A DNA stretch of 64,000 bases, from the NCBI GenBank assembly GCA_036787955.1, contig DAIQOI010000004.1, forward strand, positions 169,794 to 233,793, read 5' to 3'. The translations under genes were made by a program, and so were the position numbers. The notes under the pieces were generated by a model. The model saw only the letters and a program-made list of their open reading frames with translations, was not told the origin of the DNA and did no database searches. The DNA is from Cyclobacteriaceae bacterium (GTDB lineage Bacteria > Bacteroidota > Bacteroidia > Cytophagales > Cyclobacteriaceae). Positions 1 to 9,549 of the stretch are shown here, piece by piece (position 1 is the first letter of the stretch; every line of letters begins with the position of its first letter).

Positions 1-179
1 CCGGTTATTACAGCAAAGCCGCTGCCGACCTCGCCAGGCTCATGATCGAGGAAAAATGGGTTCATTTTGCCGGAAGCGACTGCCATCATAATATGCATGT
101 GCAGGTACTGGAAGAAGCACTGAAATCCAAACCCATGCAGAAACTCTTATCTTTACCGCTTCTTAATCATACACTTTAA
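1..179 (+). CDS. 3' end of a PHP-domain tyrosine-protein phosphatase (CpsB/YwqE-like, capsule/EPS biosynthesis); truncated by the window edge
   Basis: Frame 3 is open from the edge to TAA at 177-179. It reads GYYSKAAADLARLMIEEKWVHFAGSDCHHNMHVQVLEEALKSK... The C-terminal GSDxHH metal-ligand motif is typical of CpsB-type PHP phosphatases. Only 58 codons are visible. Confidence 0.45.
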   Translation, partial: GYYSKAAADLARLMIEEKWVHFAGSDCHHNMHVQVLEEALKSKPMQKLLSLPLLNHTL

Positions 180-182
180 TTG

Positions 183-1163
183 ATGATTGCCGTAACCGGA
201 GCTACCGGCCTGCTGGGCAGTGCTATCGTGCAGCAACTGATGGCCCGGGGCCATACCGTTGTTGGCATCACCAGAAAAATAATCCCGGATAACGAAGCTC
301 AGAAGTCAATTATCTGGCGTGAAGCTGATGTTACCGATCCCGTATCCCTGCACGAAGCACTTCAAGATGCAACGGGAGTGATACATGCCGCAGCACTTGT
401 TTCTTTCAATCCGCGACACCGCAACCGGCTGATGCAAATAAATGTGACCGGAACCCGGAATATTGTAAATGCCTGCCTTAACCTGGGAATCAAGCGCATG
501 GTTTATATCAGTTCGGTGGCCGCACTGGGGCGGCAAAAAAATCAAACCCTGATACACGAAGATAACCCCTGGACCGACAGTGACCTGAACACCTGGTATG
601 CAACATCGAAATACCAGGGCGAGCTGGAAGTATTCCGCGGACAGGAAGAGGGCCTCTCGACCGCCATCCTCAATCCATCAGTCATCCTCACACGCGGCAA
701 CTGGAACAACAGCAGTGCACAACTTTTCAAATATGTATGGAAAGAAATCCCTTTCTATATAGAGGGCTCCCTCAACTATATCGACGGGCGGGATGCAGCC
801 GAGCTGGCTGTAAAATTATTCCTTTCTGACATTGAAGGTGAACGCTTCATTGCCAGCGCAGGGGTGGTTTCGTTTAAAAAATTTTTCGATGCAGTTGCAC
901 ACCGGCTTAATCGAAGACCTCCTTCCCTTAGGGTTTCAGGCAGCCTGCTGCGGCTCATCAGCGGTTTTGAACAAATCCGGGCCCGGCTGGGCGGCAACCC
1001 GCTAATCACAAACGAAACCGCCCAGCTGGCCGGAAGTAATTTCAAATACGACAACCAAAAGATTATCCGGCGCTTTGGATTTTCATTTCAATCGTTTGAA
1101 TCGACCCTGGACTGGTGTTGTTCGTATTATATGGAACTGCAAAAAAATCAAAATAATAGGTAG
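183..1163 (+). CDS. NAD(P)-dependent epimerase/dehydratase family protein (extended SDR)
   Basis: There is an N-terminal Rossmann motif (VTGATGLLGS) and a catalytic YxxxK (YATSK). The ORF track starts at TTG 180, and ATG 183 is the next codon. Confidence 0.8.
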   Translation: MIAVTGATGLLGSAIVQQLMARGHTVVGITRKIIPDNEAQKSIIWREADVTDPVSLHEALQDATGVIHAAALVSFNPRHRNRLMQINVTGTRNIVNACLNLGIKRMVYISSVAALGRQKNQTLIHEDNPWTDSDLNTWYATSKYQGELEVFRGQEEGLSTAILNPSVILTRGNWNNSSAQLFKYVWKEIPFYIEGSLNYIDGRDAAELAVKLFLSDIEGERFIASAGVVSFKKFFDAVAHRLNRRPPSLRVSGSLLRLISGFEQIRARLGGNPLITNETAQLAGSNFKYDNQKIIRRFGFSFQSFESTLDWCCSYYMELQKNQNNR

Positions 1164-1204
1164 CTTTGCGGTAAATTATTACTTTCGGAAAAACCTTCCT
1201 GCCC

Positions 1205-2614
1205 ATGGCCAAAGAATACCGCAAGCGCGAGGATGAGGGGAACGAACTGATAAAACGATTTGAAGACCACCTGCGCAAAAAGAAAACTGATTTTTTTGAC
1301 ATCGAAGACTTTGAAGAGATTGTTGAGTTTTACCTCATCCGCGCAAAATACAACCGTGCCCTCCAGGCTGTGAATCTTGCCATCACCCAGTTTCCGTATT
1401 CCGCGCAACTGCTCACGATTAAGGCCCAGGTGCTTATTCAGCTGCAGGAATTTCAGGAAGCCATGCAGTTGCTGGAACAGGCCGAAAACCTTCAGCCCAA
1501 TGATCCTGAAATTCTGCTGACAAAAGGAAGCCTGTTTGCAGCCCAGGAAAATTACGAACAGGCACTCACGTGCTTTGAACAGGCCCTCGATTATTCCGAT
1601 GAAAAAGATGAAATCTACTTCAGCATCGGCCTTGCCTATCAGCACATGGAGCAATATGAAAAAGCTATCCAGGCTTATAAACTGGCCATTGAGTACAACC
1701 TTAACCATGAAGGGGCCCTTTACGAACTGGCCTACTGCCTGGATCTGACCGGTCAGTTGGAGAGCAGCATTGATTATTACAAAAAATTTATTGACGAAGA
1801 CCCCTACTCGGCTGCAGCCTGGTACAACCTGGGTATTGTGTACAACAAGCTGGGTCAATATGAAGAGGCGCTGCACGCCTATGACTATGCCATCACCATA
1901 GACGACACCTTCGCTTCGGCTTACTTCAACACCGGTAACACCTATATGAACATGGGGCGCTACCACGAAGCCCTCGAAGCGTTTCAAAAAACCATTGAAC
2001 TGGAAGGCCCCAGTGCAGAAGTGTACTGCTCAATCGGAGCGGCCTACGAAAGCCTCCGACAGTACGACCTTGGAATGAAATATTACCAGAAGGCTGCCAA
2101 GCTGGATCCGATGTACGATGAAGCCTGGTTTGGTGCAGGCGTATGTCTGGAGAAGCAGGAAAAGTGGTATCAGGCATTGCACTTTTACAATAAAGCGCTG
2201 AAACTGCATGCCGAAAACCCGGAATACTGGAAAGCCGTTGCCCATGCCGAATTCAAAGTAGGCAACATCATTTCCAGCATTGATGCATACGAAGAGGCAT
2301 CGCGCCTGGATCCGGAAGATCCGGAAATATGGATGAACTGGTCGTATATTTATTACGAACAGGGCGACTACCAGAAGGCAGCAAATGTGTTGCTGCAGGG
2401 CCTGGATGAACTGCCGGATGAAGCCGATCTGTATTACCGCATGACAGTTTATCTCATCGAGGCCGGACGATTCAAAGAAGCCTTTAATTATCTGGAAAAT
2501 GCACTAATTTTGAACTTTGAAGGACACGCTACGTTGTACGAGTTCTTCCCCCAACTCGAAACCCAAAAGGCGTTGTTCAAAATCATTGAACAATTCAGAA
2601 AAGAAAGCACGTAA
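1205..2614 (+). CDS. TPR repeat protein (469 aa)
   Basis: Repeated 34-aa units have the A/Y/G pattern (for example AWYNLGIVYNKLGQYEEALHAYDYAITID). The stop overlaps the comA start (TAATG). Confidence 0.8.
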   Translation: MAKEYRKREDEGNELIKRFEDHLRKKKTDFFDIEDFEEIVEFYLIRAKYNRALQAVNLAITQFPYSAQLLTIKAQVLIQLQEFQEAMQLLEQAENLQPNDPEILLTKGSLFAAQENYEQALTCFEQALDYSDEKDEIYFSIGLAYQHMEQYEKAIQAYKLAIEYNLNHEGALYELAYCLDLTGQLESSIDYYKKFIDEDPYSAAAWYNLGIVYNKLGQYEEALHAYDYAITIDDTFASAYFNTGNTYMNMGRYHEALEAFQKTIELEGPSAEVYCSIGAAYESLRQYDLGMKYYQKAAKLDPMYDEAWFGAGVCLEKQEKWYQALHFYNKALKLHAENPEYWKAVAHAEFKVGNIISSIDAYEEASRLDPEDPEIWMNWSYIYYEQGDYQKAANVLLQGLDELPDEADLYYRMTVYLIEAGRFKEAFNYLENALILNFEGHATLYEFFPQLETQKALFKIIEQFRKEST

Positions 2615-3417
2615 TGAACTTTGAACTGAAAAACCTGCCTGAGCGCACCCGTAAGCCCAGGCAATACGGTTTTACCATGGCCATGGATAAAGGCCTGAGT
2701 GTACGGGAAGCAGAAGATTTTGTGTCGGCTTGTGCCGAACATGTGGACATTGTTAAACTGGGCTGGGCCACTTCGTTTGTTACACCGAATCTGAAAGACA
2801 AACTGAAAGTGTATAAAGAAGCGGGTATACCGGCCTATTTTGGCGGCACCCTTTTCGAAGCTTTTGTCATCCGCGATCAGTTTGACGATTACCGCAGGCT
2901 GTTGGATAAGTACGACATGACCTTCGCGGAAGTATCGGATGGATCCATTGACATGGATCACGACAAAAAATGTGACTACATCAGCAAACTTTCCGAACAG
3001 GTAACCGTATTGTCGGAAGTCGGATCGAAAGATGCCGAAAAAATCATCCCGCCCTACATGTGGATTGAACTGATGCAGAAAGAGCTGGAAGCAGGCGCCT
3101 GGAAAGTGATAGGAGAAGCACGTGAGAGTGGCAATGTAGGATTATTCCGATCAACCGGTGAAGTGCGTTCCGGTTTGGTACAGGAAATCCTCACCAAGAT
3201 TCCCTTTGAGAAAATCATCTGGGAAGCCCCGCAAAAAGCACAGCAGGTATGGTTTATCAAACTGCTGGGCGCCAATGTAAACCTGGGCAACATTGCACCC
3301 CAGGAGGTAATACCGCTCGAAACCATACGCCTTGGCTTGCGTGGCGATACCTTCTTGCATTTCCTGGGTATTGAACGAAAGAAATCGAACACAGCTCCTC
3401 CCTTCGAAGTGGATTAA
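2614..3417 (+). CDS. comA: Phosphosulfolactate synthase (ComA) family protein
   Basis: The N-terminus LPERTRKPRQYGFTMAMDKGL, followed by VDIVKLGWATS, FGGTLFE and EVSDGSI, matches my memory of the (2R)-phospho-3-sulfolactate synthase family. Confidence 0.7.
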   Translation: MNFELKNLPERTRKPRQYGFTMAMDKGLSVREAEDFVSACAEHVDIVKLGWATSFVTPNLKDKLKVYKEAGIPAYFGGTLFEAFVIRDQFDDYRRLLDKYDMTFAEVSDGSIDMDHDKKCDYISKLSEQVTVLSEVGSKDAEKIIPPYMWIELMQKELEAGAWKVIGEARESGNVGLFRSTGEVRSGLVQEILTKIPFEKIIWEAPQKAQQVWFIKLLGANVNLGNIAPQEVIPLETIRLGLRGDTFLHFLGIERKKSNTAPPFEVD

Positions 3418-3419
3418 AC

Positions 3420-4358
3420 TTGCGCAGACCAGTAGATTATATCGTTCTTTTTATCAAAGGACTCAGCATGGGTGCGGCAGATGTGATACCCGGTGTTTCG
3501 GGTGGAACCGTGGCTTTCATTACCGGTATTTACAACGAACTGCTGCACAGCATCCGCGCCTTCGACCTGGAGGCTCTGCGCCTGCTGCGTCAACTCCGTT
3601 TGAAGGAATGCTGGAAAAAAATCAACGGTGCCTTTTTGCTTACCTTGCTGCTGGGCATCCTTACCAGCCTGTTATCGCTGGCACGCCTGGTCAATTACCT
3701 GCTTCGGCATCATCCCATCCTGCTGTGGTCGTTCTTTTTTGGACTCATCCTTATCTCGGCACCCCTGGTTACACGCGAAATTAAAAAATGGCACATCGGT
3801 ACCATTTTGGCTTTTGTCACCGGCATCCTCTCTGCTTACACCATAACCGTACTCACCCCCACCCAGTCGCCCGACCACCTGCCCTTCATTTTTTTTTCAG
3901 GTGTATTGGCCATATGTGCCATGATTTTGCCGGGTATTTCCGGTGCGTTTATTTTGCTGCTGCTTGGTAAATACCAGTTCATGGTGAATGCCCTGCTGCA
4001 AATTAATATTCCGGTGCTCGCAGTATTTGCGCTCGGGTGCATCACCGGCATTATTTCCTTTTCGCGGCTACTCACCTGGATCCTGGATAACTATCACAAC
4101 TTCACCATTGCTCTGCTCTCCGGTTTTATGCTGGGCTCTTTAAACAAAATCTGGCCCTGGCGACATGCCCTGGAATACCGAACCACCGAAACCGGTGAGC
4201 GCGTTCCGGTTTATGATGTAAGTATCATGCCCTGGGATTATCTTTCGCTCACCGGAAAAGACCCGCAGGTTACCGGTGCCCTCATCATGATGGCACTGGG
4301 TGTGCTGCTGGTGTATAGCATTGAAAAGACCGCCTCACTGCTCAGAACAAGAACCTAA
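3420..4358 (+). CDS. DUF368 family polytopic membrane protein (family reported as undecaprenyl-phosphate translocase, PopT)
   Basis: The signature GAADVIPGVSGGTVAFITGIY recurs internally as a second half-repeat (ILPGISGAFILLLLGKY). The protein is hydrophobic throughout. A TTG start lies 2 nt after the comA stop. Confidence 0.8.
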   Translation: MRRPVDYIVLFIKGLSMGAADVIPGVSGGTVAFITGIYNELLHSIRAFDLEALRLLRQLRLKECWKKINGAFLLTLLLGILTSLLSLARLVNYLLRHHPILLWSFFFGLILISAPLVTREIKKWHIGTILAFVTGILSAYTITVLTPTQSPDHLPFIFFSGVLAICAMILPGISGAFILLLLGKYQFMVNALLQINIPVLAVFALGCITGIISFSRLLTWILDNYHNFTIALLSGFMLGSLNKIWPWRHALEYRTTETGERVPVYDVSIMPWDYLSLTGKDPQVTGALIMMALGVLLVYSIEKTASLLRTRT

Positions 4359-4366
4359 ACCAAACT

Positions 4367-5104
4367 ATGGAAAAAGTATTCGGACTAATCGGATCGGCTG
4401 TAAGCCATTCTTTTTCAAAACAGTATTTCGATGAAAAATTTTTTCGCGAAGGACTGCGCGACCACCGCTATGAATTGTTTCAGCTCCATCACATCAGCGA
4501 ACTTGAACAACTCGTCAAAGATACCAAAGGCCTTGCCGGACTAAACGTAACGCTTCCGTACAAGGAACAGGTTATACCCTACCTGGATGAACTAAGCCCC
4601 GACTCAAAGAAGATCGGAGCTGTAAACGTAATCAAATTCAAAGACGGCAGGCGGTACGGCTACAACACCGATGCCGATGCCTTTCACGAAACACTCGACC
4701 GCTGGCTACCGGATAAAACCGGTATCACTGCCCTTATTTTAGGAACGGGCGGCTCATCCAAAGCCGTACAGGAGGCGCTCAACCGACTTAACCTTCCCTT
4801 TCACCTTGTCTCCAGGAATAAGGAAAAAGGCCAATACACCTATCAGGACCTCAATGCGCAAGTCATCAAAGAACACCGGCTCATCATCAACACCACCCCG
4901 CTGGGCATGCATCCGGATACGGAAACCTATCCGCCTATTCCATACGAACACATCACCAAGCATCACTGGGTATATGACCTGATTTACAACCCGGCGCGCA
5001 CCCTGTTTCTGCAGAAAGCCGAAATGCGCGATGCACATATTAAAAACGGATTGGAGATGCTGTACCTGCAGGCCGAAAAATCGTGGAACATCTGGAACCG
5101 GTAA
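4367..5104 (+). CDS. aroE: Shikimate 5-dehydrogenase
   Basis: Motifs present are FGLIGSAVSHSFSK, GLNVTLPYKE, GAVNV, YGYNTD and LILGTGGSSKAV. Confidence 0.8.
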   Translation: MEKVFGLIGSAVSHSFSKQYFDEKFFREGLRDHRYELFQLHHISELEQLVKDTKGLAGLNVTLPYKEQVIPYLDELSPDSKKIGAVNVIKFKDGRRYGYNTDADAFHETLDRWLPDKTGITALILGTGGSSKAVQEALNRLNLPFHLVSRNKEKGQYTYQDLNAQVIKEHRLIINTTPLGMHPDTETYPPIPYEHITKHHWVYDLIYNPARTLFLQKAEMRDAHIKNGLEMLYLQAEKSWNIWNR

Positions 5105-5164
5105 CCTGATTCCGAACCTTCGGTTTGTTCGTTGGCGTTTTTAGGCTGATATTTCAGCTGCGCC

Positions 5165-7189
5165 ATGGACTTTAAACTAGTAAGCGATTTCGAGCCTACA
5201 GGCGATCAGCCCCAGGCCATTGAACAACTGGTACAGGGCGTGCTAAATGGAGTGCCCCACCAAACCTTGCTGGGCGTTACCGGTTCAGGCAAAACTTTTA
5301 CCATGGCCAACGTGGTGGCGCGCATTAACCGGCCTACCCTGGTGCTTAGCCACAACAAAACACTTGCCGCACAACTGTATGGCGAGTTCAAAAGCTTTTT
5401 TCCCGAGAATGCCGTAGAATATTTCATTTCCTACTACGACTACTACCAGCCCGAAGCCTATATTCCCGCATCCAATCTCTACATCGAAAAAGATTTATCC
5501 ATCAACGAAGAAATTGAAAAGCTGCGGCTCAGCGCCACATCTGCCCTGCTCACCGGCCGCAGGGACGTGCTGGTAGTAGCTTCGGTATCGTGTATCTATG
5601 GCATCGGCAACCCCGATGAGTTTGGTAAAAACGTAATACGCCTGACAGCAGGCGAAATGCTGCCGCGTAACCGGTTGCTGTTTGCCCTGGTTGATATCCT
5701 GTACAACCGAACTGAAGCCGATTTCAAACGCGGTACCTTTCGGGTAAAAGGAGACACCGTAGATATTTTTCTGGCTTACGCTGATTATGCCCTCCGCATT
5801 TATTTTTTTGGAGATGAAATCGAAGCCATTCACCGCATTGACCCTGTTAGCGGAAGAAAAATATCGGACGAAAAGACAGTTACCATCTTTCCTGCCAATC
5901 TCTTTGTTACCGGAAAAGAAACGCTGCACCAGGCCATCCGCGAAATCCAGGACGACCTGGTAGCACAGGTGGCCATGTTTGAGTCGGAGAAACGGCACCT
6001 GGAAGCCAAACGATTAAAGGAACGCACCGAATTCGACCTGGAAATGATGCGCGAGCTGGGCTACTGCTCAGGCATAGAAAACTATTCGCGGTACTTCGAC
6101 CGCAGAAAGCCCGGTCAGCGCCCCTTCTGCCTGCTGGATTATTTTCCGGATGACTTTCTGATGTTCATCGATGAAAGCCATGTTACCGTTCCGCAGATAC
6201 GCGCCATGTGGGGTGGCGACCGTTCGAGAAAGGTCAATCTGGTGGATTATGGCTTCCGTCTTCCATCGGCACTGGACAACCGCCCGCTCACCTTCTCAGA
6301 ATTTGAAGAACTGGTAAATCAGGTAATTTATGTGAGCGCCACCCCCGGAGAGTACGAACTGCGCAAATCGGAAGGCGTAGTAGTGGAACAACTCATCCGC
6401 CCCACCGGACTGCTGGACCCGCAGATTGATGTAAGGCCGAGCCGCAACCAGATTGATGACCTGCTGGAAGAAATTGACATCCGCGTAAAGCGCAATGAAC
6501 GCATACTGGTAACCACCCTTACCAAACGCATGGCCGAAGAACTGGCCCGATTCCTTGACAAGGCCGGAGTGAAATGCCGCTACATTCATGCCGAAGTAAC
6601 CGCGCTCGACCGCGTAGAAATACTGCGCGAACTGCGGCTGGGTGTATTCGATGTGCTGGTGGGCGTAAACCTGTTGCGCGAAGGATTGGACCTGCCGGAA
6701 GTGTCGCTGGTTGCGATACTCGATGCCGACAAGGAAGGATTTTTACGCAATCCGCGGTCGCTGGTGCAAACCATCGGCCGGGCTGCACGCAATGTGAATG
6801 GCTACGTGATCATGTATGCCGACACCATTACCGAATCCATGCAAACAGCCATTGACGAAACCAACCGCAGGCGCAAGGCTCAAATGGATTACAACCTTAA
6901 ACATAACATCACTCCGCAAACCGTAATCAAATCGAAAGATGCCATACTGAAACAAACCAAAGTGGCCGACTCGAAAAAGACTACGAAAAAATATTACGTT
7001 GAAAACGAAGAAGCCAACCTGGCAGCTGATCCGGTGTTGGCCTACCTGAGCAAGGAAGATTTGATGAAAATGGCCGAACAAACCCGCAAAGCAATGGAAA
7101 AAGCCGCCAAAGAACTGGAATTTATGGAGGCTGCCCGCCTGCGGGATGAATACCTGGCCATTCAAAAGCTTATCAGTGAACGCAACTGA
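5165..7189 (+). CDS. uvrB: Excinuclease ABC subunit B
   Basis: Motifs present are Walker A GVTGSGKT, the helicase motifs, the beta-hairpin region YYDYYQPEAY and a C-terminal UVR domain (EFMEAARLRDE). Confidence 0.97.
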   Translation: MDFKLVSDFEPTGDQPQAIEQLVQGVLNGVPHQTLLGVTGSGKTFTMANVVARINRPTLVLSHNKTLAAQLYGEFKSFFPENAVEYFISYYDYYQPEAYIPASNLYIEKDLSINEEIEKLRLSATSALLTGRRDVLVVASVSCIYGIGNPDEFGKNVIRLTAGEMLPRNRLLFALVDILYNRTEADFKRGTFRVKGDTVDIFLAYADYALRIYFFGDEIEAIHRIDPVSGRKISDEKTVTIFPANLFVTGKETLHQAIREIQDDLVAQVAMFESEKRHLEAKRLKERTEFDLEMMRELGYCSGIENYSRYFDRRKPGQRPFCLLDYFPDDFLMFIDESHVTVPQIRAMWGGDRSRKVNLVDYGFRLPSALDNRPLTFSEFEELVNQVIYVSATPGEYELRKSEGVVVEQLIRPTGLLDPQIDVRPSRNQIDDLLEEIDIRVKRNERILVTTLTKRMAEELARFLDKAGVKCRYIHAEVTALDRVEILRELRLGVFDVLVGVNLLREGLDLPEVSLVAILDADKEGFLRNPRSLVQTIGRAARNVNGYVIMYADTITESMQTAIDETNRRRKAQMDYNLKHNITPQTVIKSKDAILKQTKVADSKKTTKKYYVENEEANLAADPVLAYLSKEDLMKMAEQTRKAMEKAAKELEFMEAARLRDEYLAIQKLISERN

Positions 7190-7226
7190 TTTTCCCAAAT
7201 TAATAATCAGTTAACCGGCTAAAGTT

Positions 7227-7234
7227 TATATTTG
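7227..7234 (+). promoter_or_regulatory. Candidate Bacteroidota sigma-A -7 box (TAnnTTTG)
   Basis: TATATTTG lies 17 nt upstream of ATG 7252. Confidence 0.45.
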
Positions 7235-7251
7235 AACAAACAGTGATTCTT

Positions 7252-7668
7252 ATGCGACATTTCCTTACAGCTCTGTTATGCATTGTTGCCTTTGGCGTTT
7301 TCTCCCAAAGCTCCAACGACTTCATGCTGGGTGCCGGCCTGGATTTGCTCAAAACAGATAACAGCAAGTTATTCAGCAAGGCTCAGGTTGGTTTTGAACT
7401 GAATTATTTTGTAGTGCGCAAGGTGTCCCTCTCGGCCGGCCTGGAAGTATGGACAGAAGCGCGTGAGAGTTTTGCCTTTGGCGCCCGCTATTACTTCAAC
7501 GACTATATCCTGGCCCGTGCCCGTGGCCTTATTGGCGTGAATGATTTTTCGCTGGGCCTGGGTGGTGCCATCCCGCTGAAAAAGAATATGCGCATTGAAC
7601 TGTTGGGCGACTTTTTCTTCGAAGGCGAGTTTGCACTGCGCGGTGGAGTAGCCTACATTATCAGATAA
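7252..7668 (+). CDS. Hypothetical exported protein (about 138 aa), possibly a small beta-barrel
   Basis: There is a signal peptide (MRHFLTALLCIVAFGVFSQ) and an alternating hydrophobic pattern. The ORF track offers GTG 7243. ATG 7252 sits 17 nt after a TATATTTG box. Confidence 0.6.
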   Translation: MRHFLTALLCIVAFGVFSQSSNDFMLGAGLDLLKTDNSKLFSKAQVGFELNYFVVRKVSLSAGLEVWTEARESFAFGARYYFNDYILARARGLIGVNDFSLGLGGAIPLKKNMRIELLGDFFFEGEFALRGGVAYIIR

Positions 7669-7698
7669 GATATGAACACCAACACGCCAACCTGAAAA

Positions 7699-7727
7699 AA
7701 AAGACAGGCTACCGCTGCCTGTCTTTT
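7699..7727. terminator. Bidirectional intrinsic terminator between convergent genes
   Basis: AAAAGACAGGC, a 7-nt loop, then GCCTGTCTTTT. The 11-bp stem includes the A-run/T-run arms. It lies between 7252..7668(+) and the sod gene(-). Confidence 0.8.
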
Positions 7728-7744
7728 AATGAGCCTGCATTGTT

Positions 7745-8356
7745 TTACTGAACAGCTTCGGCAAATCTTTTAGCTACCTCATTCCAGTTCACCACATTCC
7801 ACCAGGCAGCGATGTAATCCGGTCTGCGATTCTGATAATGCAGGTAATATGCATGCTCCCACACGTCCAGTCCAAGTATGGGCGTACCTTTTACTTCGGC
7901 TACATCCATCAACGGGTTATCCTGGTTTGGGGTAGAGGTTATCTGTAGCTTTTTACCCGCATCCACAATCAGCCAGGCCCATCCGGACCCGAAGCGTCCG
8001 GCAGCGGCTGCTGAAAATTTGTTTTTAAATTCATCAAAACTGCCGAATGCAGCATTGATAGCATCTGCAAGGATTCCTGTGGGCGCTCCACCCGCATTAG
8101 GCGCCATGATTGTCCAGAACAGGCTGTGGTTATAATGCCCGCCCCCGTTATTGCGTACAGCCACGGGATACCTGGAAACATTTTTACATATCTCTTCAAT
8201 GGTAAGCTGGTCGGCATCGGTGCCGGAAATGGCATTGTTCAGGTTGGTAACATAAGCATTGTGATGCTTGCCATGATGAATTTCCATGGTGCGTGCATCA
8301 ATGTGGGGTTCAAGCGCATTAAACGGATAGGGTAAGTTCGGCAAAGTAAACGGCAT
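7745..8356 (-). CDS. Fe/Mn-family superoxide dismutase
   Basis: Motifs present are [25 protein letters not shown] and DVWEHAYYL. The metal specificity cannot be assigned from this sequence. Confidence 0.95.
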   Translation of the reverse strand: MPFTLPNLPYPFNALEPHIDARTMEIHHGKHHNAYVTNLNNAISGTDADQLTIEEICKNVSRYPVAVRNNGGGHYNHSLFWTIMAPNAGGAPTGILADAINAAFGSFDEFKNKFSAAAAGRFGSGWAWLIVDAGKKLQITSTPNQDNPLMDVAEVKGTPILGLDVWEHAYYLHYQNRRPDYIAAWWNVVNWNEVAKRFAEAVQ

Positions 8357-8392
8357 AGTATTCGGGGTTTAGTTGTTGAACATCACGAGTGT

Positions 8393-8400
8393 CAAATATA
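8393..8400 (-). promoter_or_regulatory. Candidate -7 box (TAnnTTTG) for the superoxide dismutase gene
   Basis: The minus strand reads TATATTTG, 36 nt upstream of the start at 8356. Confidence 0.45.
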
Positions 8401-8467
8401 CACTTGTAAACAAAAGCGCGAAAATTAAGTTCGCATGCCCGAAAGGAAGACGACCAATTGTGTGAAT

Positions 8468-8917
8468 TTACTTCTGCCTGATTGACAGAAAGAACGTATC
8501 GATCAGTTCTTTGGCTTCTTCGGCCGCAATCCCTGCCGTTACTTCGGTGCGTGGATGGAGCACCTTGCCCTGCACCAGGCGATAGCCACGCTGCGGATCG
8601 GATGCACCAAACACCAGCCGTTGCAGTTGTACCCATGCAAGCGCCCCGGCACACATGAGGCAGGGTTCGAGTGTTACATATAACGTACATTCGTTCAGAT
8701 ACTTCGAGCCCAGGTAATGGGCTGCAGCCGTCATGGCCAGCATCTCGGCATGGGCCGTGGCATCGGTCAGTTTTTCAGTCTGATTATGGGCACGTGCGAT
8801 GATGCGGTTTTTACAAACCACCACCGCACCTACGGGCACCTCGCCCGCACCCAGCGCCTTGCGGGCTTCTTTCAGCGCCTCGTGCATAAAGTAGGTATCC
8901 GAAAATAAATTTTCCAC
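8468..8917 (-). CDS. tadA: tRNA-specific adenosine deaminase
   Basis: The zinc motifs HAEMLA and PCLMCAGA of the CMP/dCMP deaminase fold are present. The size (149 aa) and N-terminus are typical of TadA. Confidence 0.9.
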   Translation of the reverse strand: MENLFSDTYFMHEALKEARKALGAGEVPVGAVVVCKNRIIARAHNQTEKLTDATAHAEMLAMTAAAHYLGSKYLNECTLYVTLEPCLMCAGALAWVQLQRLVFGASDPQRGYRLVQGKVLHPRTEVTAGIAAEEAKELIDTFFLSIRQK

Positions 8918-9472
8918 TTATTTCAACTTAATGCTTTTCATGATGGCGTGTGCCGTAGATTGCCAGTCATTGCGCAGCCTGCGCGGACAATGAAATGAGA
9001 AGACCAACGTACGTCCGGGTTCAACCAGGTATTGAATGTAGGTGTACTTCAGCACAGGTTCCTGCAAGCTTAAGTCACGCCGGTCGCCTTTTACACGCGA
9101 CTCAAATTCAAAAAAAATAAAATCCCGGCCATGGATCTGATGCACTCCTTCGTCTATCATGTCCACATCATCAAACAAATTGTAGATACCCGCCTTGAAA
9201 AATTTTCTGGCAATATCCAGGTTGGTGTCGGGCCATTGTGTGGCCGAAAGATTGACACTGAAATCCACTTCGCGTTCCTCGTTGGTAAAAGCAGCTATTG
9301 GCATCCGCACCGAAGGGTAGCGCTGGGTAAGATCCAACTCATCCATGGGCCGGAAAGATTTCGGAAGGCGAACAGTCATGCCTTCGGCTATTTTGGTTTT
9401 TACCAGTTTAGGTTCATCAAAACCTGTGAAAAGCAAGCATAGAGCCAGGCCGGCAAATCGCACCATATCCAC
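8918..9472 (-). CDS. Hypothetical protein (184 aa) with a hydrophobic N-terminus
   Basis: This is a long ORF that abuts tadA with no gap, so the two are probably co-transcribed. I recognise no family. Confidence 0.65.
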   Translation of the reverse strand: MDMVRFAGLALCLLFTGFDEPKLVKTKIAEGMTVRLPKSFRPMDELDLTQRYPSVRMPIAAFTNEEREVDFSVNLSATQWPDTNLDIARKFFKAGIYNLFDDVDMIDEGVHQIHGRDFIFFEFESRVKGDRRDLSLQEPVLKYTYIQYLVEPGRTLVFSFHCPRRLRNDWQSTAHAIMKSIKLK

Positions 9473-9549
9473 TTTTTCAGCTAATAAACGTTAAAATCAT
9501 TCAATTATTAACTTCGCGCTTTCAGTTTCCTACAAAACTACAAAACACC

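Noticed and set aside
1148-1987. A 279-aa minus-strand ORF opposite the TPR gene.
   Set aside because: It is a shadow ORF lying almost entirely inside the well-supported plus-strand TPR gene. It has low-complexity composition rich in V/F/L/G and no motifs.
8319-8690. A 123-aa minus-strand ORF spanning the sod-tadA spacer.
   Set aside because: It overlaps tadA out of frame and runs across the sod promoter region. It has no motifs.
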